DNA from: Pseudomonadota bacterium
GTDB taxonomy: Bacteria > Bdellovibrionota_G > JALEGL01 > DATDPG01
Length of the DNA stretch: 32,725 nt
Direction of reading: 5' to 3'
Assembly: GCA_043804515.1 (NCBI GenBank)
Contig: JAZDIZ010000185.1
Coordinates: forward strand, 1 to 32,725
The number at the start of each line of letters is the position of its first letter. The stretch's first letter is position 1. Position numbers and translations under genes: made by a program. The notes beneath the pieces are model-generated. The model was not told the DNA's origin. It saw only the letters and a program-made list of their open reading frames with translations, and made no database searches. This document shows positions 9,014-17,854 of this stretch, piece by piece.

Positions 9014-10617
9014 GGCATCGCCCTCAGACGGACGAGCGCCTCAGCCGCCTTATCGTATTTTGGCTCTAGCTCCAGGGCCCTCCGGTACCACGGGATGGCC
9101 TGCTTCAGGTCTCCCTTGCTTTCGAAATAGTACCCGTAATTGAAAGCCGTTTTGGCCCGCGTGGGCGCCGACTTGAATGCCCGGTCCAACAGCTCCTTTG
9201 CCTCCGGGAAGTTCCGGCTTTGAATCGTGTAAACCGCCAGGTTGTTGAGGGCCGGAAGATAATCCGGCCTCAGGTTCAGTGCGGTCTTGAGATACCGAAT
9301 CTCGCCGGCTCGGTCACTGTTCCGCCGGCAGGCCATCGACAGCTGGTAATACGCTTTGTAATTTCCGGGGTCGCGCTCGACCGTGGTCTCAAAGAGTCGT
9401 GACTCGGTCCTCCAGTCCTGCGTGCGAATCGCCATTTGAACCGCCAGGAGAGGCGGCCAAAACGAGGCGCATAAGGCCACGGTGGCGATGAAGCGAGGAG
9501 AGGTCCGCGTCCTGAGCCTGAGCAGTCCCTCCGCCGCGAGGCTTGCGAACCAGAGTGAAAAACCGGCCAGAGGAAGGTAAAAATACCGTTCCCCGATCAC
9601 GGCGGTCATGTCCAGGACCAGAGCCACCGGGAGGAGGGGACCCAGGAACGTCAGAAGGCCCAGCGCCCCCGCCTTCCACCGCCGACTCACCAGGAACAGG
9701 AACGTCCAGAACGCGGCGTGAGCCAAAAGCGGCAGAAGGTCACGCCGCAGAACGAAGGAGACATTCTCGTACGCCAGGTGGAATGCGGAGCGTGACGGAA
9801 CGAAAAAGACCGACAGAAAGGTCCGGGACATCGTGAGCGCATTTTTTAGGACCACGGTGTCCCAAAGAGGCACGTTCCGGTGGATGACGTGGTTTCTCCA
9901 AAGAAGGCAGGGAACAAGGGTGATCAAGGACAAAGCCGCCAAGACGAGCAGTCTCTTTCGAACCGGTGTCCATTCGACCCGCGATACCGCTACCGCCGCC
10001 AGCGTAAGGAACGGGACGGGAACGAACGTTTCCTTGGAAAAAAGACCCAAGGGGATCGTCAGCCAATAGAGGATCCACCACCAAAGGGATGAGCGCCGCG
10101 CGGGATCTAGAAGGCGCAAGGCTAAATGGATGTGGAGGAGCGAAAAAAGGCAAACCTGCAGATCCATCCTGCCGCCGATCCAAGTGACGGCTTCCAGAAC
10201 CATGGGATGCACGGCAAAAACGAGAGCCCCCCCTATGGCAGCCCAGAGGGGAAGGAACCGGACGGCCAGAAGAAATAGAAGCGCCACGTTAAGCGCGTGA
10301 AGAAGGTTGTTGTGGATATGAAACGCCGCCGGCCTTGCGCCGAAGAGTTGAACGTCGAGAAGGTATGACGCCATGAAAACCGGGCGATAGATGTCGCTGC
10401 CCAACGTCTCGGCTTGCGTGGACTCCAGGACGCGAGTGGTGAGGAGCCGCGGAAGATAACGAAGCGAGGTAAGATAAGGGTTGTCACGTACCTGGTAGTA
10501 GTCGTCCAGGATGAAGGGAACCTTCAAGTTGACCGCCGTGAACAGGAGAAATGTGATTAGGAAGATACCGATCGCCCAGGTTCGCGGGCTCCAAGACTTT
10601 CGGATCGGGCTGAACAC
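9010..10617 (-). CDS. TMTC-like GT-C membrane glycosyltransferase with C-terminal TPRs (copy 3)
   Basis: LDD, DIYRP, HP..EAVTWIGGR.DL, SKE, ERYFYLP, TPR tail. Start moved to GTG 10617 (535 aa) because the longer ORF would overlap the tRNA. Confidence 0.8.
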   Translation of the reverse strand: MFSPIRKSWSPRTWAIGIFLITFLLFTAVNLKVPFILDDYYQVRDNPYLTSLRYLPRLLTTRVLESTQAETLGSDIYRPVFMASYLLDVQLFGARPAAFHIHNNLLHALNVALLFLLAVRFLPLWAAIGGALVFAVHPMVLEAVTWIGGRMDLQVCLFSLLHIHLALRLLDPARRSSLWWWILYWLTIPLGLFSKETFVPVPFLTLAAVAVSRVEWTPVRKRLLVLAALSLITLVPCLLWRNHVIHRNVPLWDTVVLKNALTMSRTFLSVFFVPSRSAFHLAYENVSFVLRRDLLPLLAHAAFWTFLFLVSRRWKAGALGLLTFLGPLLPVALVLDMTAVIGERYFYLPLAGFSLWFASLAAEGLLRLRTRTSPRFIATVALCASFWPPLLAVQMAIRTQDWRTESRLFETTVERDPGNYKAYYQLSMACRRNSDRAGEIRYLKTALNLRPDYLPALNNLAVYTIQSRNFPEAKELLDRAFKSAPTRAKTAFNYGYYFESKGDLKQAIPWYRRALELEPKYDKAAEALVRLRAMP

Positions 10618-10688
10618 GCTCGAATAATCTAAGATTTTTGGTTGGAAGGCGAGAAAGCGAAAAGGGATGCTTCGCTCATGGGAGATCG

Positions 10689-10694
10689 TATAAT
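10689..10694 (+). promoter_or_regulatory. Consensus -10 box upstream of tRNA-Pro
   Basis: TATAAT 11 nt upstream of the tRNA 5' end; no convincing -35. Confidence 0.55.
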
Positions 10695-10705
10695 CTCTTC
10701 TCGGT

Positions 10706-10983
<278 letters not shown>

Positions 10984-11047
10984 CTAAATCAAGGGGCTCC
11001 GGCTTGGAAGCAAGAACGCAGAGCCTTTGCCGCGACCAATGTATCGG

Positions 11048-11656
11048 TCACGCGTCCGCGAGGAAATCGGGGAGAAGATCGGCGATCTTCTTGAGGGCTA
11101 GGGCGCGGTGGCTGATCTCGTTCTTCTCGGCGATGGAGAGTTCGGCCATGGTTCGGCCCAAATAGGGAAGAAAGAACACCGGATCGTACCCGAATCCTCC
11201 GCTTCCCTTCGGCGCGTCCACGATGACCCCCGTCACCTCGCCAACGGCCGTGACCGTGCGGCCGCTGGGCGCCCTCAGGACCATGGCGCATCGGAAACGG
11301 GCCTGCCGGTCCTGCTCCGACGCCCCCTTCATCTTATCCAGCAGTTTGCGCAGGTTCTCCTCGTGCGTGGCTTCCGGGCCGGCGAATCGGGCGGAGAGCA
11401 CGCCGGGCCGCCCGCCGAGGCCGGTTACTTCGAGCCCCGAATCATCCGCCAGCGCGGGTTTTCGCGCGAACGAGGAAACGAGCGTTGCTTTCATGCGTGC
11501 GTTGTCGAGGAACGTCGAGCCGTCCTCATGAAGTTCCGGAAGCCCCTTTAACTCGGCCAGCGAATAAACCTTCAGCCTGGGAAAGCGGGGCTTGAGAAAC
11601 ACCCGGATCTCGTCGAACTTTCCCTGATTCCGCGTTGCGATGACTAGCTCATCCAT
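11048..11656 (-). CDS. rdgB: Non-canonical purine NTP pyrophosphatase (RdgB/HAM1)
   Basis: IATRNQGK, ADDSGL, PGVLSAR, GFGYDPVF, KNEISHR; follows rph. Confidence 0.95.
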   Translation of the reverse strand: MDELVIATRNQGKFDEIRVFLKPRFPRLKVYSLAELKGLPELHEDGSTFLDNARMKATLVSSFARKPALADDSGLEVTGLGGRPGVLSARFAGPEATHEENLRKLLDKMKGASEQDRQARFRCAMVLRAPSGRTVTAVGEVTGVIVDAPKGSGGFGYDPVFFLPYLGRTMAELSIAEKNEISHRALALKKIADLLPDFLADA

Positions 11657-12377
11657 GAGCCGCCTTCTTAAGAATCTCCTTCTGTGCTTTCATGATCTCG
11701 GAAATGGCTTCGGAAGCGTGCTGCACCATCCGTTGCGACTCGCCTGAGGAAAAGGACCCTCGCTCGGCCGTCCCCTGCATTTCCACGATCTTTCCTTCCT
11801 CGAGCATCACGATGTTCATGTCCACGTCGCACGTCGAGTCTTCGTCGTAATCCAGATCCACAAGGATCTCGCTTCCCTTCAGGCCGACGCTGACCGCCGC
11901 AACTGCCGAGCGGACCGGGCTGGAGGCGATCGTTCCCTTGCGCTGCAAAGATTGAACCGCCGAAGCCAGCGCGACGAACGCGCCGTTGATGGAGGCCGTA
12001 CGGGTGCCGCCGTCGGCTTGAAGTACGTCGCAGTCGATGAGAATCGTTCGTTCTCCGAGCGCTTTCAGATCCAGACAGGACCTAAGGGCCCTTCCGATGA
12101 TGCGTTGGATCTCTTGTGACCGTCCGGCCGGGCGGCCCACCGTGGATTCACGGCGTGTCCTGGTGTTCGTGGCGCACGGAAGCATCGAGTACTCCGCCGT
12201 AAGCCATCCCTGTTCCTTGTGTTCCAGCCACGGCGGGACCTTGTTTTCAACGGTTGCGCTGCAAATCACCCAGGTGTTCCCCATACGGACCAGGCACGAT
12301 CCGTCGGGGTACTTGATGAAATCGGGTTCGAAGGAAAGGGGTCTAAGACCGCTAGCGGTTCGGGATGTGGCTCTCAT
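11649..12377 (-). CDS. rph: Ribonuclease PH
   Basis: GWLTAEYSMLP, GRSQEIQRIIGRALR, DCDVLQADGGTRTASING, DLDYDEDS, QGTAE. Confidence 0.97.
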   Translation of the reverse strand: MRATSRTASGLRPLSFEPDFIKYPDGSCLVRMGNTWVICSATVENKVPPWLEHKEQGWLTAEYSMLPCATNTRTRRESTVGRPAGRSQEIQRIIGRALRSCLDLKALGERTILIDCDVLQADGGTRTASINGAFVALASAVQSLQRKGTIASSPVRSAVAAVSVGLKGSEILVDLDYDEDSTCDVDMNIVMLEEGKIVEMQGTAERGSFSSGESQRMVQHASEAISEIMKAQKEILKKAAHG

Positions 12378-13084
12378 GGCGGGGGATTCTCAACCTCGCT
12401 CAGGAATCGGTCAATAGCCGTGAAAAGAAGCTGGGAAAACCGCTCCACGGTTTCGGGGTCCTTCCAGGCCGATGCGTCCCGGGACGTCAGAAAATCGCAC
12501 TCGACGAGGATGGCGGGAACCGTGATCCCTAAAAGGGGAGCCAGGGGGAGCCTGGCAATCTCCATCTCGGCTTCGGGGATCGCCGCTTGAAGTGTGCTCG
12601 TCAGAACCGTCGCGAGACGGAGGGAACGCGCGGAAGCGAGGGCGTGGGCCTCCTCGAGCGGAATCAAGACGGAGCGGTCGCTTACATTGGCCGGAGCCGA
12701 CACGTAGAGCCGGGGACCTTTGAGAAGGGGGGAGGGGGCCGCCGCGAAGTGCAGGCTCATGAAAATCCCGGGCTCGTTTACGTTGGCGATCCGCCGCCGC
12801 TCGTCGAAGGAAAGGGGATAGTCCCCTTTCCGGGTCAGAACGGGCTCGACATCCGGCTTCGATCGAAGAAGGGATGCGACCCGATCGGCCACCTTCAACG
12901 CCAGATCCTTCTCGACCCCCGCATCCCGCTCGATTCCGGCATCCGTGCCTCCGTGGCCGGCGTCCAGCACGACGCTGAAGCGCTTTCCCGGTTCCTCGTT
13001 CGCCCGGGCCGGCCCGAGCCATGCGCAGGCGGCGGCCAGAAGCAAAACCCACCGCTTGGAAGAACCTATGTGACTGCTGAACAT
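12374..13084 (-). CDS. N-acetylmuramoyl-L-alanine amidase (Amidase_3), signal peptide plus catalytic domain only
   Basis: VVLDAGHGG, EK, LTR, SLH and PAILVE motifs; signal peptide ending in ARA; stop overlaps the rph start. Start at ATG 13084 inferred. Confidence 0.85.
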   Translation of the reverse strand: MFSSHIGSSKRWVLLLAAACAWLGPARANEEPGKRFSVVLDAGHGGTDAGIERDAGVEKDLALKVADRVASLLRSKPDVEPVLTRKGDYPLSFDERRRIANVNEPGIFMSLHFAAAPSPLLKGPRLYVSAPANVSDRSVLIPLEEAHALASARSLRLATVLTSTLQAAIPEAEMEIARLPLAPLLGITVPAILVECDFLTSRDASAWKDPETVERFSQLLFTAIDRFLSEVENPPP

Positions 13085-13119
13085 GATGCTTTCTCGCCGG
13101 GATATCCGGATTTGGGAAC

Positions 13120-13151
13120 ATCGTACCATTCCCCTCCCTTTTTGGTACGAT
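13120..13151. promoter_or_regulatory. Inverted repeat ATCGTACCA-N14-TGGTACGAT; probable back-to-back extended -10 promoters
   Basis: Perfect 9-bp inverted repeat between the divergent amidase and nadE genes; each arm reads TG-G-TACGAT toward its gene. Confidence 0.5.
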
Positions 13152-13160
13152 CGCCCCCTC

Positions 13161-14792
13161 ATGCGTGTAGCCCTTGCTCAGATCAATACATCGGTGGGAG
13201 CGGTGGCGCAGAATGCCGGGCGCATCAGCCGATTTTTGGATGACGCCCGGGCGAAGGGGGCCGATTTGACCGTATTCCCCGAACTCGCCCTGATCGGTTA
13301 CCCGCCGCAGGACCTGCTGGATCGCGAAGGCTTCGTGACGGGCTCACTCGAGGTTCTCAAGCGGCTGGCGCGGGATCACAAGGCGGACGACTTTATTTTG
13401 GGCTTTGCCGAGCCCGGCGGAAAGACGGGAAAGGGTTTGTTCAACTCGGCTGCGTTCGTGTCGGGGGGGAAGGTGGAGTTCACTCAAAGCAAACGCCTTC
13501 TTCCGACGTATGACGTGTTCGACGAAAGGCGCTATTTCGACGCCGGCCAGAAAAGCCGCTGCGTCAAAATCGGCGGGAAGAGCGTAGGAATCACGATTTG
13601 CGAGGACATCTGGACGGAACCCGAATTCTTGGGGAGAGCGCTCTATGTCCAGAATCCAGCGGAGGATCTGAAAAAGGAGGGTGCGGAGCTTCTCGTGAAT
13701 ATCTCGGCTTCGCCGTACCACGACGGGAAGCAGGAAGTCCGGGAACGGCTCACGCAAAAGCTCAGTCGAGCCCATCACCTTCCGCTGATCTACGTGAATC
13801 TGGTGGGTGGCGATGACGAGTTGCTTTTCGACGGCGGAAGCTTCGCCATGGACCCGTCCGGGAAGGTGATCGCGCGGGCCCGCGTTTTTACCGAGGACCT
13901 GATTGTCGTGGACCTGGATCGAGGCGCCGGGGAGATGCGCGAGTGGCCGGACGGGACACCGGCCTGGCAAGCCGAAGCTCTGATTATGGGCCTGCGGGAT
14001 TACGTCAGGAAATGCGGCTTTGCCAAGGCGGTGTTGGGGCTTTCGGGGGGGATTGATTCGGCGTTGGTGGTGCTGCTCGCGGTTGAAGCTTTAGGTGCCC
14101 GGAACGTCCTCGCGGTTTCGATGCCCTCGCAGTTCACGGCTCCGGAAACGCGAAGAGATGCCGAGGAGATGGCCCGGAAGCTGAACATCGGTTTTCTCAC
14201 CATCCCGATTGAACCGGTGACCTCGGCATATGAGAATGCGCTGGCGAGCGCATTCCAAGGCGCCCCGCGGGACGTCACCGAGGAGAACATCCAGGCACGG
14301 GTCCGTGGGAATCTCTTGATGGCGCTCTCCAATAAATTCGGCTGCCTCGTGCTCTCCACGGGCAACAAATCGGAATTGGCGGTCGGATACTGCACGCAGT
14401 ACGGAGACATGGCCGGAGGCCTGGCCGTGATTTCCGATCTGCCGAAAGGAAGCGTTTATGAGGTGACCCGCCACTTGAACCGGAAGTGGAACGCGATTCC
14501 GGAAAGCGTGTTCAACCGCCCTCCCACCGCGGAACTCCGGCCGGACCAGAAAGACGAAGACTCTCTTCCGCCCTACGCGATTCTCGACCCGATTTTGCAG
14601 CGCTACGTGGAGGAAAACGCCTGCGAGGACGCCATCGCGAAAGCGGGCTTCGATTCCGCCGTGGTAAAACGGGTCGCGCGGATGGTGGATCGGAACGAGT
14701 TCAAGCGAAAGCAGGCCGCGCCGGGGCTTCGCCTGTCCAGAAAGGCGTTCGGCGTGGGGCGCAGGATGCCGATCGCGCGGGAAAGCGTATGA
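13161..14792 (+). CDS. nadE: Glutamine-dependent NAD+ synthetase
   Basis: Nitrilase-like domain (FPEL, KRLLPTYDVFDE.RYF, ICEDIW) plus synthetase domain (LSGGIDS, ENIQAR, TGNKSE, PTAELRPDQKDED). ATG 13161 gives the typical MRVALAQ start. Confidence 0.95.
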   Translation: MRVALAQINTSVGAVAQNAGRISRFLDDARAKGADLTVFPELALIGYPPQDLLDREGFVTGSLEVLKRLARDHKADDFILGFAEPGGKTGKGLFNSAAFVSGGKVEFTQSKRLLPTYDVFDERRYFDAGQKSRCVKIGGKSVGITICEDIWTEPEFLGRALYVQNPAEDLKKEGAELLVNISASPYHDGKQEVRERLTQKLSRAHHLPLIYVNLVGGDDELLFDGGSFAMDPSGKVIARARVFTEDLIVVDLDRGAGEMREWPDGTPAWQAEALIMGLRDYVRKCGFAKAVLGLSGGIDSALVVLLAVEALGARNVLAVSMPSQFTAPETRRDAEEMARKLNIGFLTIPIEPVTSAYENALASAFQGAPRDVTEENIQARVRGNLLMALSNKFGCLVLSTGNKSELAVGYCTQYGDMAGGLAVISDLPKGSVYEVTRHLNRKWNAIPESVFNRPPTAELRPDQKDEDSLPPYAILDPILQRYVEENACEDAIAKAGFDSAVVKRVARMVDRNEFKRKQAAPGLRLSRKAFGVGRRMPIARESV

Positions 14793-15685
14793 AGCTTCGC
14801 CGGGTTCTCGTGGTGTTCAAAAAGAGTTCCTACACCGTGTACGCCCGCGAAAGGCGGGACCCCACCTTCATCCGTCTCCTGAAAGAGAAGGATGCGTTGA
14901 TCCGGCGGTTTCTTCCCAGCCATGGCGCTCACGCGGAATCGCTCCGGATCGTGCGGGACGTTCTGACGTGCCGAGGGATCCGTGCGAAATATGTGAACCG
15001 CGCCACGCCGTTTTCCGATCGGGGAATGGATCTGGTCGTTACCGTCGGGGGTGACGGGACGTTCCTGGAAGCCTCCCACAGCGTGCTACGGGCGCCGATT
15101 TTGGGAGTGAACTCCAGCCCCAAGGACAGCGTGGGGATTTTTTGCGGCGCGATCGCCGAGGAATTCCAGGAAACCCTGGACCGCATCGAAGCGGGCCGCA
15201 TGCCTTACGTGGCTCTTTCCCGTTTCTTCGTGCGTTTGAACGGCCGCAGGGCCGGAGTCCCTGTGGCGAACGAGGTTTTGATCGCCCACCGGAATCCCGC
15301 GAACACCACACGGTATTTCATCCGCCAAAGGACGAAGGAGGAGCAGCATAAGTCATCGGGAGTGTGGATCGCCACCGCCGTCGGGTCCACCGCGGCGATC
15401 GGGAGTGCCGGGGGCAGAATACTCCCCCTTCGGTCCTCCTCGGTTCAATACCTGGTGCGTGAACCGTATTCCCCGCCGGGCCGACACCCACGGATCCGCG
15501 GGGGCATCGTTGCTCCGGGCGGGAAGTTTTCCCTGCGCTCCAAGATGCGGGCGGGCGTGATTTTTTTGGACGGGTCTCATCTGACGCTGCCGTTTCCCAT
15601 GGGGACCCGGCTGGAGATCGACGTTTCGGCGCCGCGGCTCAAAGTGTTCGGTTTCAGCGAGCGGCGTTGGCGGCGGTTTTTGTAA
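14789..15685 (+). CDS. nadK: NAD(H) kinase
   Basis: GGDGT, LGVN, NE short motif, SSG.WIATAVGSTAA.SAGG. ATG 14789 overlaps the nadE stop (ATGA). Confidence 0.85.
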   Translation: MKLRRVLVVFKKSSYTVYARERRDPTFIRLLKEKDALIRRFLPSHGAHAESLRIVRDVLTCRGIRAKYVNRATPFSDRGMDLVVTVGGDGTFLEASHSVLRAPILGVNSSPKDSVGIFCGAIAEEFQETLDRIEAGRMPYVALSRFFVRLNGRRAGVPVANEVLIAHRNPANTTRYFIRQRTKEEQHKSSGVWIATAVGSTAAIGSAGGRILPLRSSSVQYLVREPYSPPGRHPRIRGGIVAPGGKFSLRSKMRAGVIFLDGSHLTLPFPMGTRLEIDVSAPRLKVFGFSERRWRRFL

Positions 15686-17084
15686 AACCGGGAACGCAGC
15701 TCAACGTATATTTCCCGTCGCTCCACTTTGGTGTCCATTCGGGGCGCACCGCTGCTGCGGCGTTTCTGCCCTCCCGGGAAGCCGTGAGGACGCAAGCCGC
15801 TTCGGGGTGGGCCGCGAAAAACGTCATGGCTCCCTCCACGGTCGCGAGCGGGCTCGGCACGTCGAAGTCCCGACGGTCGAAGATGATCCTCCGATCCCCG
15901 TTGTTCAGGCCCCAGAGGACGGTCCAGCCCAGATCCCGCCGTTCCAGGAGCAGGGTGGAGGCCCCCAGTTCCGGGAGCACGGAGCCGAGAACGCGCGCGG
16001 CCGACAAGGTCTCCTCTTTCACCTCAGGCAGGGGCCGGAACGAAAGGGGCGCAAGCACGGCGATTCCGCCGATGCCCACGGCCGCAAGCATTGCCGGCGA
16101 AAGACGAGCCAGGATCCTGGAAAGCGACGGAAACGAAAGAAGCCAGAACAATACCGCTCCCGTCAAGAGCGAGCGCACCGGAAAAACCATCGGGTAATAT
16201 CCGATCGAGATGAGCGGTAGGAAAAGGTTCGCGAGGCTCCAGAGCGACCACGCGATCAGCAACGGAGCCCTTCGAACTCCGGGGACCCAATATCGCCCGA
16301 AGAGAATCGCGGCGACCAGCGCGAGAAAACCCAGGGGAAGAAGAGCGATGCCGCCCGCAATGACGTGGCCCAGTTGGACCCGCGGCGTGAGGTATTGAAC
16401 AGCCGTATCCTGGGAGAAAAGAAGGGGCCCCCAGGGATCGGGCCCGGACAACCGCCAGAGAGCGAACACTACAAAGCCCGAAAGCGCCCCCACGGACCGG
16501 AGGATCCGCTCCGGGAAACCGAAACGACGATCACCGAGGACGATGCCGGCGAAAAAGATCGCGTACAACCAACTCTCGTAACGCACGAGGGTGACGAGGG
16601 CGAGGGCGGCGACGGCGGCAAACCTAAGCGCGCGCGAAGGGGAATCCCACAGCCACAACACCGTGAGGAGGAGAACGAGGCCCAGCGTTTCAGAGAGAGG
16701 GACACCTCCGAGCCAAAGGCACATCGGTTGGGCCGAGAAGAGAAGGGCGCCCAGGAACGCGTGGCCGGCCGGCAGTTCCAACTTACGTAAGAGGAGGTAC
16801 AGGAGGGCCGACGAGGCGCACGCCAACAGAACGGTGGCGCCGATGGAACCGGCGGAGACGGAAAATCCCAGCCGGTATGGGATCGAATAAATCCAGAAGT
16901 AGGCGGGGAGGAAGAACGGATCCGGAAACCACTGCCAGTGATTCGGCATGGCTGCGGCCACGGCTGTGCGCAGATAATCGTCGACCGTAAGGACCCGGTA
17001 TCCGAGGCCCCAAAGTAGCAGCTGGAACCCTCCCCTCAAAAGCCCTACAGCAGCGGCGGCGCCGAAATCCTCTCGGGCGGACAT
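15654..17084 (-). CDS. Polytopic membrane protein, putative GT-C fold glycosyltransferase (PMT/ArnT-like)
   Basis: TM1 followed by a DD motif (TVDDYLR), LP.YF, LSE and RYE.W motifs, about a dozen hydrophobic segments, short soluble C-terminal domain. Start moved to ATG 17084 to avoid overlap with recO. Confidence 0.6.
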   Translation of the reverse strand: MSAREDFGAAAAVGLLRGGFQLLLWGLGYRVLTVDDYLRTAVAAAMPNHWQWFPDPFFLPAYFWIYSIPYRLGFSVSAGSIGATVLLACASSALLYLLLRKLELPAGHAFLGALLFSAQPMCLWLGGVPLSETLGLVLLLTVLWLWDSPSRALRFAAVAALALVTLVRYESWLYAIFFAGIVLGDRRFGFPERILRSVGALSGFVVFALWRLSGPDPWGPLLFSQDTAVQYLTPRVQLGHVIAGGIALLPLGFLALVAAILFGRYWVPGVRRAPLLIAWSLWSLANLFLPLISIGYYPMVFPVRSLLTGAVLFWLLSFPSLSRILARLSPAMLAAVGIGGIAVLAPLSFRPLPEVKEETLSAARVLGSVLPELGASTLLLERRDLGWTVLWGLNNGDRRIIFDRRDFDVPSPLATVEGAMTFFAAHPEAACVLTASREGRNAAAAVRPEWTPKWSDGKYTLSCVPGFTKTAANAAR

Positions 17085-17110
17085 GGCGTTCGATGATACA
17101 TTGTTTCGCC

Positions 17111-17854
17111 TTGAAGCGAATTGCAGCCGAGATGGAGGCGATCGTCGTGCGCCTGATTGAATACGGGGAGGCGGATCTGATCGCGGGCCTTTTGACGGAG
17201 GAGCACGGCCGAATCTCCGCTTTCGCGCCCTCCGCGCGGAAAAGCCACAAACGTTTCGGAGCCGCGTTGGATCTCTTTTCACTGGTGCGCGCGGAGCTGA
17301 GCTGGCCGGCCGCCCACTCGGGCGGACTCTGGAGGCTCAAAAGCGTCGACCTCCTGGATCTCCACCACGGGATCCGGAGGGACCTGGAGCGTTTCGCGAG
17401 CGCCGCCTATTTTTCCGAGTGCCTGTGGTCCCTCGCGGGGGAAGGGGATCCGCAGCCGCGCCTCTTTCAATGGTGGAAGCGGACGTTGAAGCGCCTCTCG
17501 GAAAGCCCGGAGTCCTTCATCCCGGGACCGGAACTGGATTTGGAACTGTTGGCTCTCCTGGGGCATGGCCCCCGCTGGGACACTTGCACTGAATGCGGCC
17601 TTGTTCCGACCGGCGAGAGCCTCTTCTTTTCCTTCGAGCGCGGAGGCGTCACCTGCGGTCCTTGCCGGAAACCGGGAGAGGGAAGATGGCTTCCCCGTGC
17701 CGCCGTGGAGACCCTGCGGCAAGGCGGGGATCTTTCCCGCGGACATCGGAACGACGCGCGAAGAGCGCTGGATGATTTTGTCTCGTACACGTTGGGGCGG
17801 GAGCCCAGAAGCCAGCGATTCCGCGAGGAGGTGTTTAGTGGCTTCGGCCCGTGA
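17111..17854 (+). CDS. recO: DNA repair protein RecO
   Basis: AIVVR..YGEADLI..LT.EHG, ARKS.KRFGA.LDLF, zinc finger CTECG...CGPC. Start uncertain (TTG 17111 or ATG 17132). Confidence 0.9.
   Translation: MKRIAAEMEAIVVRLIEYGEADLIAGLLTEEHGRISAFAPSARKSHKRFGAALDLFSLVRAELSWPAAHSGGLWRLKSVDLLDLHHGIRRDLERFASAAYFSECLWSLAGEGDPQPRLFQWWKRTLKRLSESPESFIPGPELDLELLALLGHGPRWDTCTECGLVPTGESLFFSFERGGVTCGPCRKPGEGRWLPRAAVETLRQGGDLSRGHRNDARRALDDFVSYTLGREPRSQRFREEVFSGFGP

Noticed and set aside
5811..10617. TMTC-like array as cargo of a tRNA-Pro genomic island
   Set aside because: The array lies 5' of the tRNA, outside the 24-bp repeats, and no integrase is present.
14486..14788. Extended 399-aa NAD kinase ORF
   Set aside because: Overlaps nadE; the ATGA junction at 14789 is the natural start.
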